From IMG/VR virus record IMGVR_UViG_3300045988_138376: a stretch of DNA of 64,000 bases. The stretch is one strand, 5' to 3'. The translations under genes and the position numbers were made by a program. Every line of letters begins with the position of its first letter. Position 1 is the stretch's first letter. The DNA is from a virus. The notes beneath the pieces were generated by a model, which worked only from the letters and a program-made list of their open reading frames with translations, searched no databases and was not told the DNA's origin. Below are positions 52,143-61,438 of the stretch, one piece after another.

Positions 52143-52154
52143 AATTTTTATTAT

Positions 52155-52547
52155 TTAAGCGGTTAAAATTTGAATTTCTACAATATTGTAATGTAATTTA
52201 GCATTGGAATCATAGCCTGAACGCGTACCTCTCCTGATTAATTGATAAGCAGGATTTTCATTTGAAAAAAGTATTTCATTCAAGGTAGTTTCCATTTTAG
52301 AGAGTACGGGAACGTTTTTTGCGCCAGAGGACATTGGCTTGGCATATAACCAAATTGCTATTGTGCCAAAACCATAAGCCGACAAGTCGCGTATCAAATA
52401 AGAACAATCAACCAAAAGTAAATCTTTCCACGAGTCTTTTATGACTGGCGGCAATGTATCAAAGAAAACATTTGCTGAAACCTTATTCCCCAACAAGGAA
52501 TCAAGGTAAGCTTCTATATTTGATATGTTTAACTTATTTTTATCCAT
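52155..52547 (-). CDS. head-tail joining / tail completion protein (by position)
   Basis: 130-aa ORF in the neck-gene block. Confidence 0.45.
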   Translation of the reverse strand: MDKNKLNISNIEAYLDSLLGNKVSANVFFDTLPPVIKDSWKDLLLVDCSYLIRDLSAYGFGTIAIWLYAKPMSSGAKNVPVLSKMETTLNEILFSNENPAYQLIRRGTRSGYDSNAKLHYNIVEIQILTA

Positions 52548-52995
52548 TTCCTATTGTCTTTACTTTTGAACCTTTTATCTTCGACGACAATAATGAAATA
52601 TCATCTCCAATCATAAAGATCACTTTATATTTTCTTTTTAAAGGAGATTCGCCTGCCTCTAATATTCCCCCATAGAACAAAGCAACAGCAACTACTAATT
52701 GCATCCCTTTAGATGGTGGATTATATTTAGAGAAAAACTCCTCAATTGACTGTCTTCCTGTTATGTAACGCCCATTAACTTTTACACCCTTATCCGTAGC
52801 TAAACGATCTAAAAATCTTGTTGTTTGCGGATATATTTTTCCGTTATAAAAGACTGCGCTACCGTAACTATCATGGAGGTTTTGAGTTTCGTTTTTACTA
52901 TAATCCGCTTCTTCAAAAGCCTGATGTATCAACTTATCTCCATCGGAAGCCAGTTTCATGGCTAATTGATGTACATAATTAGAAGAAACCTTCAT
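52540..52995 (-). CDS. head-tail joining protein (by position)
   Basis: 151-aa ORF with overlapping starts and stops. Confidence 0.45.
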   Translation of the reverse strand: MKVSSNYVHQLAMKLASDGDKLIHQAFEEADYSKNETQNLHDSYGSAVFYNGKIYPQTTRFLDRLATDKGVKVNGRYITGRQSIEEFFSKYNPPSKGMQLVVAVALFYGGILEAGESPLKRKYKVIFMIGDDISLLSSKIKGSKVKTIGNG

Positions 52996-53342
52996 TATTC
53001 TTCCTGTGTATAAGTTGTTATGTAAACCGAAACACCTCCTAATTGAGTTGGGAATAAACCAATTACTCGACCTTCGACTGACATTCCAAACATTTCCCCT
53101 CTGAATAGCATTCCTTTTTTTATGGTAATGCCTTGTTTTTTATCAAAAGGATAATATACTTCAAAAGCATTTGAGATGATAGTATTATCACTTTTCTTTG
53201 CTTCTTGTATATCACATTTGGTTTCTAATACCAAGATTTCCTCTTCGACTCTTTCCGTCAACGGCTTAGTCATATCTATGTCGTATGTATAGAAAGAACC
53301 ATTGAAAGGATATTCTTGTATTAAGTCTCTGTCAATAATCAT
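52995..53342 (-). CDS. head-tail joining protein (by position)
   Basis: 115-aa ORF. Confidence 0.45.
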   Translation of the reverse strand: MIIDRDLIQEYPFNGSFYTYDIDMTKPLTERVEEEILVLETKCDIQEAKKSDNTIISNAFEVYYPFDKKQGITIKKGMLFRGEMFGMSVEGRVIGLFPTQLGGVSVYITTYTQEE

Positions 53343-53704
53343 TAGTCATATTCATTAATCCATTGTACACCCAAGTTTGATAGCTCTGATAGTTTAGGAT
53401 CGTCCCATTTCTTATATAACCCAATTAAAATATTATAGACTTCTTTCTTTGTATCATAACGCTGGCTCCCAATCGTTTTCGTAAATGCGCCATGCTGTTG
53501 AGTTGAACTCGCAGTATAATTAGGGGCTGTATAAATCACGAACAATAAATCAGCAAGACAAAGATCTTTTTGTTTTTCTGTCAAAGATTTATAATCTGTA
53601 ACGTCGATAACTTCTCTTTCTATTGCGATACGGGTTAAGACTGCCCTGTCAAAGACGAAGGCAGTCAAACCAGAAAGATATTCTATAACATCGAATTGCG
53701 TCAT
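53342..53704 (-). CDS. head-tail connector/adaptor protein (by position)
   Basis: 120-aa ORF directly downstream of the capsid gene. Confidence 0.45.
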   Translation of the reverse strand: MTQFDVIEYLSGLTAFVFDRAVLTRIAIEREVIDVTDYKSLTEKQKDLCLADLLFVIYTAPNYTASSTQQHGAFTKTIGSQRYDTKKEVYNILIGLYKKWDDPKLSELSNLGVQWINEYD

Positions 53705-54876
53705 GAGTTTGCAGATGTAGTATCAACAATAACGTGATATGGGAACTCGTTCAATGACGGAACGGCCGACATAATCAAATCGGTATGCCATTCTTTATAC
53801 ATTCCATTAGGTACAGTTGTATTTACCAATGTATAAATACCACCTTCCATCTGAGCGAATGATTTAGTAATGGAATTATTACCGTATTTTTCAAACATTA
53901 CTACGTCCAAAATATCAGTATACTGAATTTCCCCAGCAAATCCCGCAGGGCGTAGAACAGCAGCTTTCGAATCCCATCCATTAACGAACTTACCAGTCAT
54001 ATTATCCCAACTGATGTCCTTTTGTTTTTCAACAACAATCTCAATTGGAGACAAATCGGGATAATTAGCATAAACAACACTGTTGAAGATTTCCTCAGTA
54101 ACAGGCATTGAGTCCAAGAAAACCTTATCATTTAGCGTATAGTATTGTTTCACCAGCTCGCGAACTTCTTTGTTCTTCAAAACGACATCCATATACATCT
54201 TATACGGAATCTGCCATTTCATTGGGCCATTATAACCTTTTGTATCGCGGAAGTCAACCTCAATAGTACGCATTTGACTAAGTAGATTACAATCTGCGGC
54301 AGTCCAAACCTTAGCACCTGCTTTCTTGAAGTTTTCTGATGGGATTTCTGCTTTCTGCAAAGCGCCCTTCATTCCACGTCCAAAACTATAAGAACACTGA
54401 CCCTTTGAAATAAGCTGTGCGCCCAAATTAGTTAAGGTCTGGTCAGCAGCGTCGATCTGCATCTGAACATCGTCCATCCACTCGCTAATCAAGAAAGCGT
54501 CATTCCCGAATTGAGCAAAAAGACGTTCTTTGTATTCACGCTGCGGAGCAGTTTCTACAATACCGGGAGCAATAAAATCAGGTATAGTAGCAGAATACCA
54601 AGAAATTCCCTTGTAATCCAAAGGTACAGAATCGCCAAGAGGCGCACGCATATCCATCATTGGAGTAGCGGTTCTGTCTTTAGCCTGTACTGTAAAGGTT
54701 GCAGTACCATCAGCTGCTACGGGGGTAGCATTGCTGGCTTTCGTAAATTGGGTTTTCCACCATCCGTAATTTGTGCGAAGCAAACCCGATTCGTCAATCA
54801 AAGAGCGCAAAAAACGCACATCAGAATCAGTCCACAAACGAGCATATCTATTATTATTAAAATCAAACTTTGGCAT
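53701..54876 (-). CDS. major capsid protein, lambda gpE-like
   Basis: 391 aa. The C-terminal LIMSAVPSLNEFPYHVIVD parallels the lambda gpE tail MIQSAPLMLLADPDEFVSV, from memory. The gene order scaffold / decoration-like / capsid supports the call. Confidence 0.7.
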   Translation of the reverse strand: MPKFDFNNNRYARLWTDSDVRFLRSLIDESGLLRTNYGWWKTQFTKASNATPVAADGTATFTVQAKDRTATPMMDMRAPLGDSVPLDYKGISWYSATIPDFIAPGIVETAPQREYKERLFAQFGNDAFLISEWMDDVQMQIDAADQTLTNLGAQLISKGQCSYSFGRGMKGALQKAEIPSENFKKAGAKVWTAADCNLLSQMRTIEVDFRDTKGYNGPMKWQIPYKMYMDVVLKNKEVRELVKQYYTLNDKVFLDSMPVTEEIFNSVVYANYPDLSPIEIVVEKQKDISWDNMTGKFVNGWDSKAAVLRPAGFAGEIQYTDILDVVMFEKYGNNSITKSFAQMEGGIYTLVNTTVPNGMYKEWHTDLIMSAVPSLNEFPYHVIVDTTSANS

Positions 54877-54893
54877 TTTCTATTTCCTTTCTT

Positions 54894-55616
54894 TTAAAGT
54901 TCAAACCATCCGGTTACTAATGATTTATTTCTCGCGTCAAGTACAGATTTAGGCATTGGGGACATCCGATCAATATAAGCAGTACCATGAAGCACCGGAG
55001 TCATAAAATATCTCGCTCCGTCAAAGTCTGAGTCGCCTGTAGAAGGTTCATAAAGAAAATCATAATCCGCAGGACACATTGCATTCGGATTTGTAACCAT
55101 CGGTTTTTTGCTTTCTCCGGCTTCGGCAGCTTCAACAAGGACATCACCTGCCTTTAACGCAGTCAATGTTGCAGAAAGAGTAAGTTTCCATACGTCTTTA
55201 TTTGTATCAACTGTTGCCTCAACTTTTGTTACAGTTACAGCAGTACCAGTACCATCAAGAGTGGCGGGGGCTTTCATAATAGTATCACCCACAAAAGGAA
55301 TGTGCTTATAACCATCTCTTACTATATAAATTTCGGTATCAGTACCATTGGTTGTATTTTTAGCGACAACATAAGTCTTCAAGATATAACCTGTAGCACC
55401 CTTTTCACCGTCCTTATAGCGATATTCAATCAAATCGCCTGCATACATTTTGGCTGTTCCCTTAAACGGATTCATAATTTTACATCCGAAAGTAGGGAAT
55501 ACAAGTTCATTCTTGTTGCCTTGCAGCTTAACAAAAACGTATCTTGCGCCACCAATTTCACCTCTTCGTTGAAGAAGAGTCTTTCCTAAAAAGACACCTG
55601 CATCGGTAGAATACAT
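54894..55616 (-). CDS. capsid-associated protein (decoration-like, by position)
   Basis: 240-aa ORF between the scaffold and the major capsid genes. Confidence 0.4.
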   Translation of the reverse strand: MYSTDAGVFLGKTLLQRRGEIGGARYVFVKLQGNKNELVFPTFGCKIMNPFKGTAKMYAGDLIEYRYKDGEKGATGYILKTYVVAKNTTNGTDTEIYIVRDGYKHIPFVGDTIMKAPATLDGTGTAVTVTKVEATVDTNKDVWKLTLSATLTALKAGDVLVEAAEAGESKKPMVTNPNAMCPADYDFLYEPSTGDSDFDGARYFMTPVLHGTAYIDRMSPMPKSVLDARNKSLVTGWFEL

Positions 55617-55632
55617 ATTTTCTCTTTTTTTT

Positions 55633-56265
55633 TTAATTTAAAACTTCTTTTTTACGTTCTCTCATTTTCTTAATATCATCCCACGTATCGGTTGCGGCTG
55701 CACTTGGGGTTTCCAAAGATTGCGGGGACATTGAAGTCGTGAAATTAGCCTGAGATTGATTGTAAATTTTCACATAAGAGTCAAGTTTTGCGTCTACGTC
55801 GAATTCTTCTGTGATATTAATCTCTTGAATGAAATCATTAATCCATGAATCGTTTTTAACGCCTTTAGTTTTTAATTTGCCTTTCAAATCTTGTTTCTTC
55901 TGAGAAATAACTTTCTCTCTCTTTTCAGCTTGCAATTCCTGTTCCAACTGTGCGAGTCTTTTTTCAAGTTCGCTTGTTCCTTCCGCAGGTTTCTGTGTAG
56001 TCTGCTGTGTGGCAGGTGATGTAGTTTGAGACTTGTAAGACTGCACGAAATCCGAATAATCTTTTTCCATGTTGCCATTTGCGGTTTTGAATAACGGCAA
56101 TGCTTTTGACATAAAATCAGTCAATTCGGTTTCTTCTGTTGCTAATAATGGGGTTAGGGTTTCTAACATCTCATTAATACTTCTCTCTGTTAAACGTAGG
56201 GTTTTCCCACCTTCTGTCAGAGCACCTTTGAGGTTTTCAAAGGCTTGCTGTTTGGTAAATTTCAT
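55633..56265 (-). CDS. putative scaffolding protein
   Basis: The start is set at the ATG at 56265 (MKFTKQQAF); the track ORF uses an upstream GTG. The protein is helical and charged (ELEKRLAQLEQELQAEKREK) and sits at the head of the morphogenesis operon. Confidence 0.5.
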   Translation of the reverse strand: MKFTKQQAFENLKGALTEGGKTLRLTERSINEMLETLTPLLATEETELTDFMSKALPLFKTANGNMEKDYSDFVQSYKSQTTSPATQQTTQKPAEGTSELEKRLAQLEQELQAEKREKVISQKKQDLKGKLKTKGVKNDSWINDFIQEINITEEFDVDAKLDSYVKIYNQSQANFTTSMSPQSLETPSAAATDTWDDIKKMRERKKEVLN

Positions 56266-56395
56266 ACTTCGTGATATTTTAATTTGCATACAAATTAAAG
56301 CTATATATTCAACAATACAGATAAATATAGGGCTAAATCTTATCACTGGTGATAATATTTATTCATTAGTCCAAAATATTCGCAAATTTCTATAG

Positions 56396-56403
56396 TATTT
56401 TTG
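56396..56403 (+). promoter_or_regulatory. -7 promoter box TATTTTTG abutting the terminase start codons
   Basis: The TAnnTTTG box ends 1 nt before the ATG at 56405 and 7 nt before the ATG at 56411. Confidence 0.45.
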
Positions 56404-56404
56404 C

Positions 56405-59023
56405 ATGTATATGGAAATTATAGACAAAGATAAGGAATCAAAGACCAAAATAATCAAGCCACAACCGGGCTTTCAAGAAAAGTTTGTGTGCTCGAATGTG
56501 GATGTAGTGTTCGGTGGCGGAATTTTATCGTGTGGAAAGGCTCAACCGCTTCATAGTAAGATACTTACGCCTAATGGGTGGACTACTATGGGTGCTTTGA
56601 ATATAGGTGACGAGATTATAGGTCTTGACGGGAAGCCCCAAAAAATTATGAATATATTCGAGAGAGGATTGCTTGACAATATAATGTTTACTTTTGAAGA
56701 TGGCACTTCGGTGGAATGCTGCCCCGAACATTTATGGACAGTATGGGATAAGTACAATAAGAAATACGTCACTTTAGAGGCACAACATGTTATTAATAAT
56801 GGCATTAAAAGATATGGATTACCTTTATTGCATCCAATAGAATTTAATGATAATAAAGATTTGCCTATAGATCCATATTTATTAGGAGTCCTATTAGGGG
56901 ATGGAATGTTAGGTCGAGATAAAGCATCCGTAATGTTAACTACTGATGAATATATAGTGAATAAGGTATCCAAAGAAAATAACATTACGGTCACAAGAGA
57001 TAAATCCAAGAAAAATCCATCATATAGAATATTAGGAAGCAAATTAAGGGAGTCTCTTAGAAATATGGGATTATTTGGAAAGTGTTCACACGAAAAATTC
57101 ATCCCAAATGAATATTTGTTTTCAACAATAGATAATAGGTTAAAATTATTGCAGGGACTTTTCGATACTGATGGATATAATGACAAGGTCGCAAGTAGAA
57201 TAGAATATTGCACAACCTCGAAAAAATTAGCAGAAGATGTATTGTTTCTTGTAAAATCATTAGGAGGAAAGGCTAAGGTAATAACAAAGATTGGGTCTTA
57301 TAAAAAAGATAATGAAAGGATAATATGCAAAAAAGCCTGGCGTTTACTATGTAGATTTGAGAATCCCAACGACATGTTCACATTAGAACGTAAAAGAAAT
57401 GGGAAGATTTCAAAGAGGGGATTCAACATAGGTATAACAAAAGTGGAAGCAAAAGGCAAAGAAATAATGAGATGTATATTGGTATCAAATAAAGACCATT
57501 TATATGTTACCGATGGCTTAAATCTTACACATAATACTTTTGCCGCCATCTTATCAGTCGCAGAGCCAAGTTTAGACCCTTCTTTCCGCGCATGTTTTAC
57601 TCGTAGGACATTTGGTGAGTTGAATATGGGTGGAGGACTTGTTGACGACTTTGAATCTTCTTATGGCAATGGAGCACAAATCAGAAAAACAAATCCTCCA
57701 AGAGTAACATTTCCATCGGGGTCTTTTGTTGAAATGCGCCAAATCAATGATGAAAACATCAAAAAGATAACGGAGCAATGGAAAGGTGCGCAGTTTGACC
57801 TTATATATATGGACGAGTTGACTTCTTATCAATTTTCTACCTTCAAATACCTTCTGACCAGAAATAGAGGTAAAGGTTCTTGGACAGGTAAGTTTAGAGG
57901 CACTACGAACCCGAAGAAAGATTCTTGGATTAGAAAATTCCTTGATTGGTATATTAGTCCAGAAGGTCAGATTATCCCTGAGCGAGATGGCGTAGTTAGA
58001 TATTTCTATATTGCCGGAGATACCATAGACGATGTTATTTGGGGAGATACCAAAAAAGAAGTATACCAGAAATGTAAATTGGACATTGACAAGAAGATAA
58101 AAGCTGTAGGAGGAACGATTTCTTATGAAAACTTCATCAAGTCTTTTACATTTTATTTAGGTAGAATGTCCGAAAACAAAGCCATTCTCGATGGCAACAT
58201 GGACTACGTAGGTTCTGTTGCTGCATCAGGAGGTAGAATGGCTCAACAATTATTGGAAGGTAACTGGAATGTTGACTTAGAGGATGAATCAGATGCTCCT
58301 ATTCCGTCCCATGTTGCAAGAAGCACATTTATGAATGATCCTCAAAGGAATGGAGACAGATGGATTACTTGCGACTTGGCAGACTTTGGAACGGATAACA
58401 TGGTTGCTTTGGCTTGGGATGGCTTTCATATCATGGATGCTCTAATCTTAGGCAAAACAACGCCTCGAATGAATGCAGATAAGCTGTCTCTATTTGCAGC
58501 AAAGTGGGATGTAGCAGATTGCCATATAATATATGATGGTATCAACGGACGCTACCTTTCTGATTATATCCCAGATGCGATTGCATTTCTTTCTTTTAAA
58601 GCACCAAGAGGGATGTATGGACGTTCCGCAAGAAGCTTAAAAGACGAATGTTATTTACGACTCAAATACATTATTAATAATAGGTATTTATCCTGGGAAG
58701 AAGAAGTCCTACAAAGAAGATATACGCATAATAAGATGAAAGATGAAATCACTATTGGCGTTGAATTTGTAGAAGAATGTACTGTTGTTCGGTTCAAAAC
58801 AGAAGCAAGCGGGAAACATAGATTGGCCACAAAGAAAGAGATGAATCAAATGTTGGGAAAGGGACGTTCTATGGACTTATTAGACCCATGCGCTATGCGG
58901 ATGTATCCTGTTTTGGAATATCAATATGGCGATGAACTTATTGAGACAGCAGTCGATTTTGAGGAAAGAGAGAAGCAATATATTCCCAAAGACAATATAT
59001 ATAGAGATGATTTTTGGGCTTAA
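56405..59023 (+). CDS. terminase large subunit (terL): terminase large subunit interrupted by an intein
   Basis: The exteins rejoin to give Walker A GILSCGK|T. Walker B is DLIYMDELTS. The C-terminal nuclease-size domain is present. The exteins total 540 aa. Confidence 0.85.
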   Translation: MYMEIIDKDKESKTKIIKPQPGFQEKFVCSNVDVVFGGGILSCGKAQPLHSKILTPNGWTTMGALNIGDEIIGLDGKPQKIMNIFERGLLDNIMFTFEDGTSVECCPEHLWTVWDKYNKKYVTLEAQHVINNGIKRYGLPLLHPIEFNDNKDLPIDPYLLGVLLGDGMLGRDKASVMLTTDEYIVNKVSKENNITVTRDKSKKNPSYRILGSKLRESLRNMGLFGKCSHEKFIPNEYLFSTIDNRLKLLQGLFDTDGYNDKVASRIEYCTTSKKLAEDVLFLVKSLGGKAKVITKIGSYKKDNERIICKKAWRLLCRFENPNDMFTLERKRNGKISKRGFNIGITKVEAKGKEIMRCILVSNKDHLYVTDGLNLTHNTFAAILSVAEPSLDPSFRACFTRRTFGELNMGGGLVDDFESSYGNGAQIRKTNPPRVTFPSGSFVEMRQINDENIKKITEQWKGAQFDLIYMDELTSYQFSTFKYLLTRNRGKGSWTGKFRGTTNPKKDSWIRKFLDWYISPEGQIIPERDGVVRYFYIAGDTIDDVIWGDTKKEVYQKCKLDIDKKIKAVGGTISYENFIKSFTFYLGRMSENKAILDGNMDYVGSVAASGGRMAQQLLEGNWNVDLEDESDAPIPSHVARSTFMNDPQRNGDRWITCDLADFGTDNMVALAWDGFHIMDALILGKTTPRMNADKLSLFAAKWDVADCHIIYDGINGRYLSDYIPDAIAFLSFKAPRGMYGRSARSLKDECYLRLKYIINNRYLSWEEEVLQRRYTHNKMKDEITIGVEFVEECTVVRFKTEASGKHRLATKKEMNQMLGKGRSMDLLDPCAMRMYPVLEYQYGDELIETAVDFEEREKQYIPKDNIYRDDFWA
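56540..57535 (+). mobile_element. 332-aa intein with LAGLIDADG homing endonuclease; class-3-type signature (Ala1, Trp66, Cys312, Thr330, His-Asn end, Thr+1)
   Basis: Block A is AQPLHSKILTPNGW. Block B is CCPEHLW. The LAGLIDADG motifs are LLGVLLGDG and LLQGLFDTDGY. Block F is MRCILVSNKDHLYV. Block G is GLNLTHN followed by T. Confidence 0.8.
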
Positions 59024-59075
59024 TTCATTGTAATTCAATTATTTTTATTAACTTTGTATCTTTAAAAGAAATAAA

Positions 59076-59633
59076 ATGGATGCCAACGACTTTAAAAAAA
59101 TAACTACCGACGCTAAAAACTTGGGGCATGATGTCTCCATGCAGGATATTGCATACGTGTTTCTCTGCGAAAGTTATGAAAACGCAGAGATTGCATATAA
59201 AGTGCTATTCGGGAAAGAGTCCATAGATGCGGAGGTGAATAAATATAAGAAATCAAAGAAGATTGTTTTTTTAACAGATTATATAAAAAGCAATTATACT
59301 AAACCTTCTAAGAAGGCAGAAGTTGAATTTTCGACAGAAGAAGATATGGATCTTTCTTTTGAGGAAAATAAGAGCAAGATGATCTCTCTTTTAAATAAGA
59401 TTGACGATTTGGTTACTTCTGGCGATATGTCTGCGAAAGATGCTGTTAAATTAGAGGCTGAAATTAGAACAAAACTGAATGATAAATTCTCTGTTGACGA
59501 TCAATCGGAGCAAAGTAATATTATCGTCGTTGAGCCGAAATTCAATCTTATTTGTCCGCATACTAATAGAGAGTGCTATGTAAATAGCAAAGAGCAAGTG
59601 ATGAAAAGATATAATCTAATCGAAAAGGAATAA
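59076..59633 (+). CDS. hypothetical protein (possible small terminase or packaging accessory; position atypical)
   Basis: 185-aa ORF between terL and the portal gene. Confidence 0.4.
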   Translation: MDANDFKKITTDAKNLGHDVSMQDIAYVFLCESYENAEIAYKVLFGKESIDAEVNKYKKSKKIVFLTDYIKSNYTKPSKKAEVEFSTEEDMDLSFEENKSKMISLLNKIDDLVTSGDMSAKDAVKLEAEIRTKLNDKFSVDDQSEQSNIIVVEPKFNLICPHTNRECYVNSKEQVMKRYNLIEKE

Positions 59634-59634
59634 A

Positions 59635-61152
59635 ATGGCAGAAGATAGAGTAAAAATAGATCATTTGATTGCTAATCCGCAATTGTTATTACAGAAAAAG
59701 CCTTTCTTTAGAGGATTGCAGATAAATGCGCGCTATAATCCTCAAAACGTAGACTTGAATCAAACCATACAAGTAGACACTCCGAGGGTGAAGAAAATGG
59801 TTATTTCACAAGATGAATATCTTCAAGAACTAAACCCATACTGCCACAAAGTCTTATTTGATGATAACGTGCCAAGTATTACAATGAAGCTTTCAAAGGA
59901 ACAAGGTGGAGGCTGGGCTACTATCGAATATAAAAAGATGGCAGTCTCTTTTCAAGAAAATATAAAGAATAAGCAAGTATTGCATCTTTGCGGGAATCCT
60001 CTGAATTTTACATTGATGGAAACAAACCCGACAACAAAACAGAGTGAAGACTTTATTACCTTTAAGCAGTATTGGGATTTAAGAAACCAAGATGGCATGA
60101 AAACAAAAATGGTTGATGCTCAAAAGTCGGTTGGAGATGCAGGACTTCTATATTATTTCGATAGGAAGGGAGAGATTAAATCGCGATTGTTATCCTACAT
60201 GGATGGATATGTTCTCTGCCCACATAATGATGATAATGGTGATAGACTATTAGAAAGCGTTTATTACAAAAAGGATGACATAGAATATATTGATTCTTAT
60301 GACGATAGATATATGTATCGTCACATGAATGATGGAAGTGGTGCGGATGAAAACGGCTGGAAATTAATATTCAAGAACGAACATGGATTTAGCGAAATCC
60401 CTCTGATTACTAAAAGAGGCAAAGTCGCTTGGGATGATGCTCAAAGCTCAATTGAAGCCTATGAAGTGTTATATAACATATTCTTAGTGATTCAGAAACG
60501 ACATGGATGGGGTATATTATACATCAAAGGGCGTTTTGATAATGATGGTAGAAAGATTGCTGGTTCTGTTATCTTGAATGACAGAAGTGATGATGCTAAT
60601 AGTGATGCTAAATTTCTTACTCCACCAACTCCGGAAGGAACTATTGAAACGCTGAATCTCTTAGAGGAAACAATACAGAAAGGATCAAAAACGACATTTA
60701 TTCTTCCGAAAGATATTAAAATGTCAGGAGATATTTCTGGTATTGCCATCATGCTTACTCAATCATTGGATATAGAGAATGCTCTTCAAGGCGTTATTGA
60801 ATGGCAGAATGTAGCTGATAAAATGTGTCGCTTATTCAAAGAGGGATTAGCTAAGGAATTGGTGAATAAAGACATTCAACCAACTGCTATTACAGACTTC
60901 AATAATATTAAAATTAATGCCAAATTCAAAGTATGGAGACCTCAATCTGATACAGACTTTGCACAAATGTTGGTTACTTTAAAATCTAATGGCTTATTGT
61001 CAGAGGAAAGCGGCATTGAATTAAGTCCAGTATCTTCTCCTGATGAAAAGGCAAGAAGACAGAAAGAAAAAGATTTAGAGAGGAATTTAGAGATAGAAAA
61101 AGAAACTATTATTAATAATTCTAACAATATTAAGGAGGAAGAAAATGTATAA
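59635..61152 (+). CDS. portal protein
   Basis: 505 aa. Its size and its position next to the terminase support the call. It has an acidic/Lys-rich C-terminal tail. Confidence 0.65.
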   Translation: MAEDRVKIDHLIANPQLLLQKKPFFRGLQINARYNPQNVDLNQTIQVDTPRVKKMVISQDEYLQELNPYCHKVLFDDNVPSITMKLSKEQGGGWATIEYKKMAVSFQENIKNKQVLHLCGNPLNFTLMETNPTTKQSEDFITFKQYWDLRNQDGMKTKMVDAQKSVGDAGLLYYFDRKGEIKSRLLSYMDGYVLCPHNDDNGDRLLESVYYKKDDIEYIDSYDDRYMYRHMNDGSGADENGWKLIFKNEHGFSEIPLITKRGKVAWDDAQSSIEAYEVLYNIFLVIQKRHGWGILYIKGRFDNDGRKIAGSVILNDRSDDANSDAKFLTPPTPEGTIETLNLLEETIQKGSKTTFILPKDIKMSGDISGIAIMLTQSLDIENALQGVIEWQNVADKMCRLFKEGLAKELVNKDIQPTAITDFNNIKINAKFKVWRPQSDTDFAQMLVTLKSNGLLSEESGIELSPVSSPDEKARRQKEKDLERNLEIEKETIINNSNNIKEEENV

Positions 61153-61438
61153 CGACGTAATAAAACAAGTTTTAGAGATTCCAGAAAGCCCCGACCATTT
61201 TACTTTGTCTGATCGGAATCCATTTTATGTATTTCCACAAAAGAAAGATGATACTGCACCCGATGTTTTTAATATTCAGGCTGAATGTTCTGCGGCAAGA
61301 GCAAGTAGTGCACCTGTGAATATTCCTTTGGTTTGTAATCAGTGGAATGTTATTCTTCTGCAAGGCATACATTTAACCGCAGATTTAAAAACCAAGTATA
61401 AGTTATTTGCAGGGGTAAACTATTCTTATGAGCCATGA
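61145..61438 (+). CDS. hypothetical protein
   Basis: 97-aa ORF that overlaps both neighbours. Confidence 0.5.
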   Translation: MYNDVIKQVLEIPESPDHFTLSDRNPFYVFPQKKDDTAPDVFNIQAECSAARASSAPVNIPLVCNQWNVILLQGIHLTADLKTKYKLFAGVNYSYEP

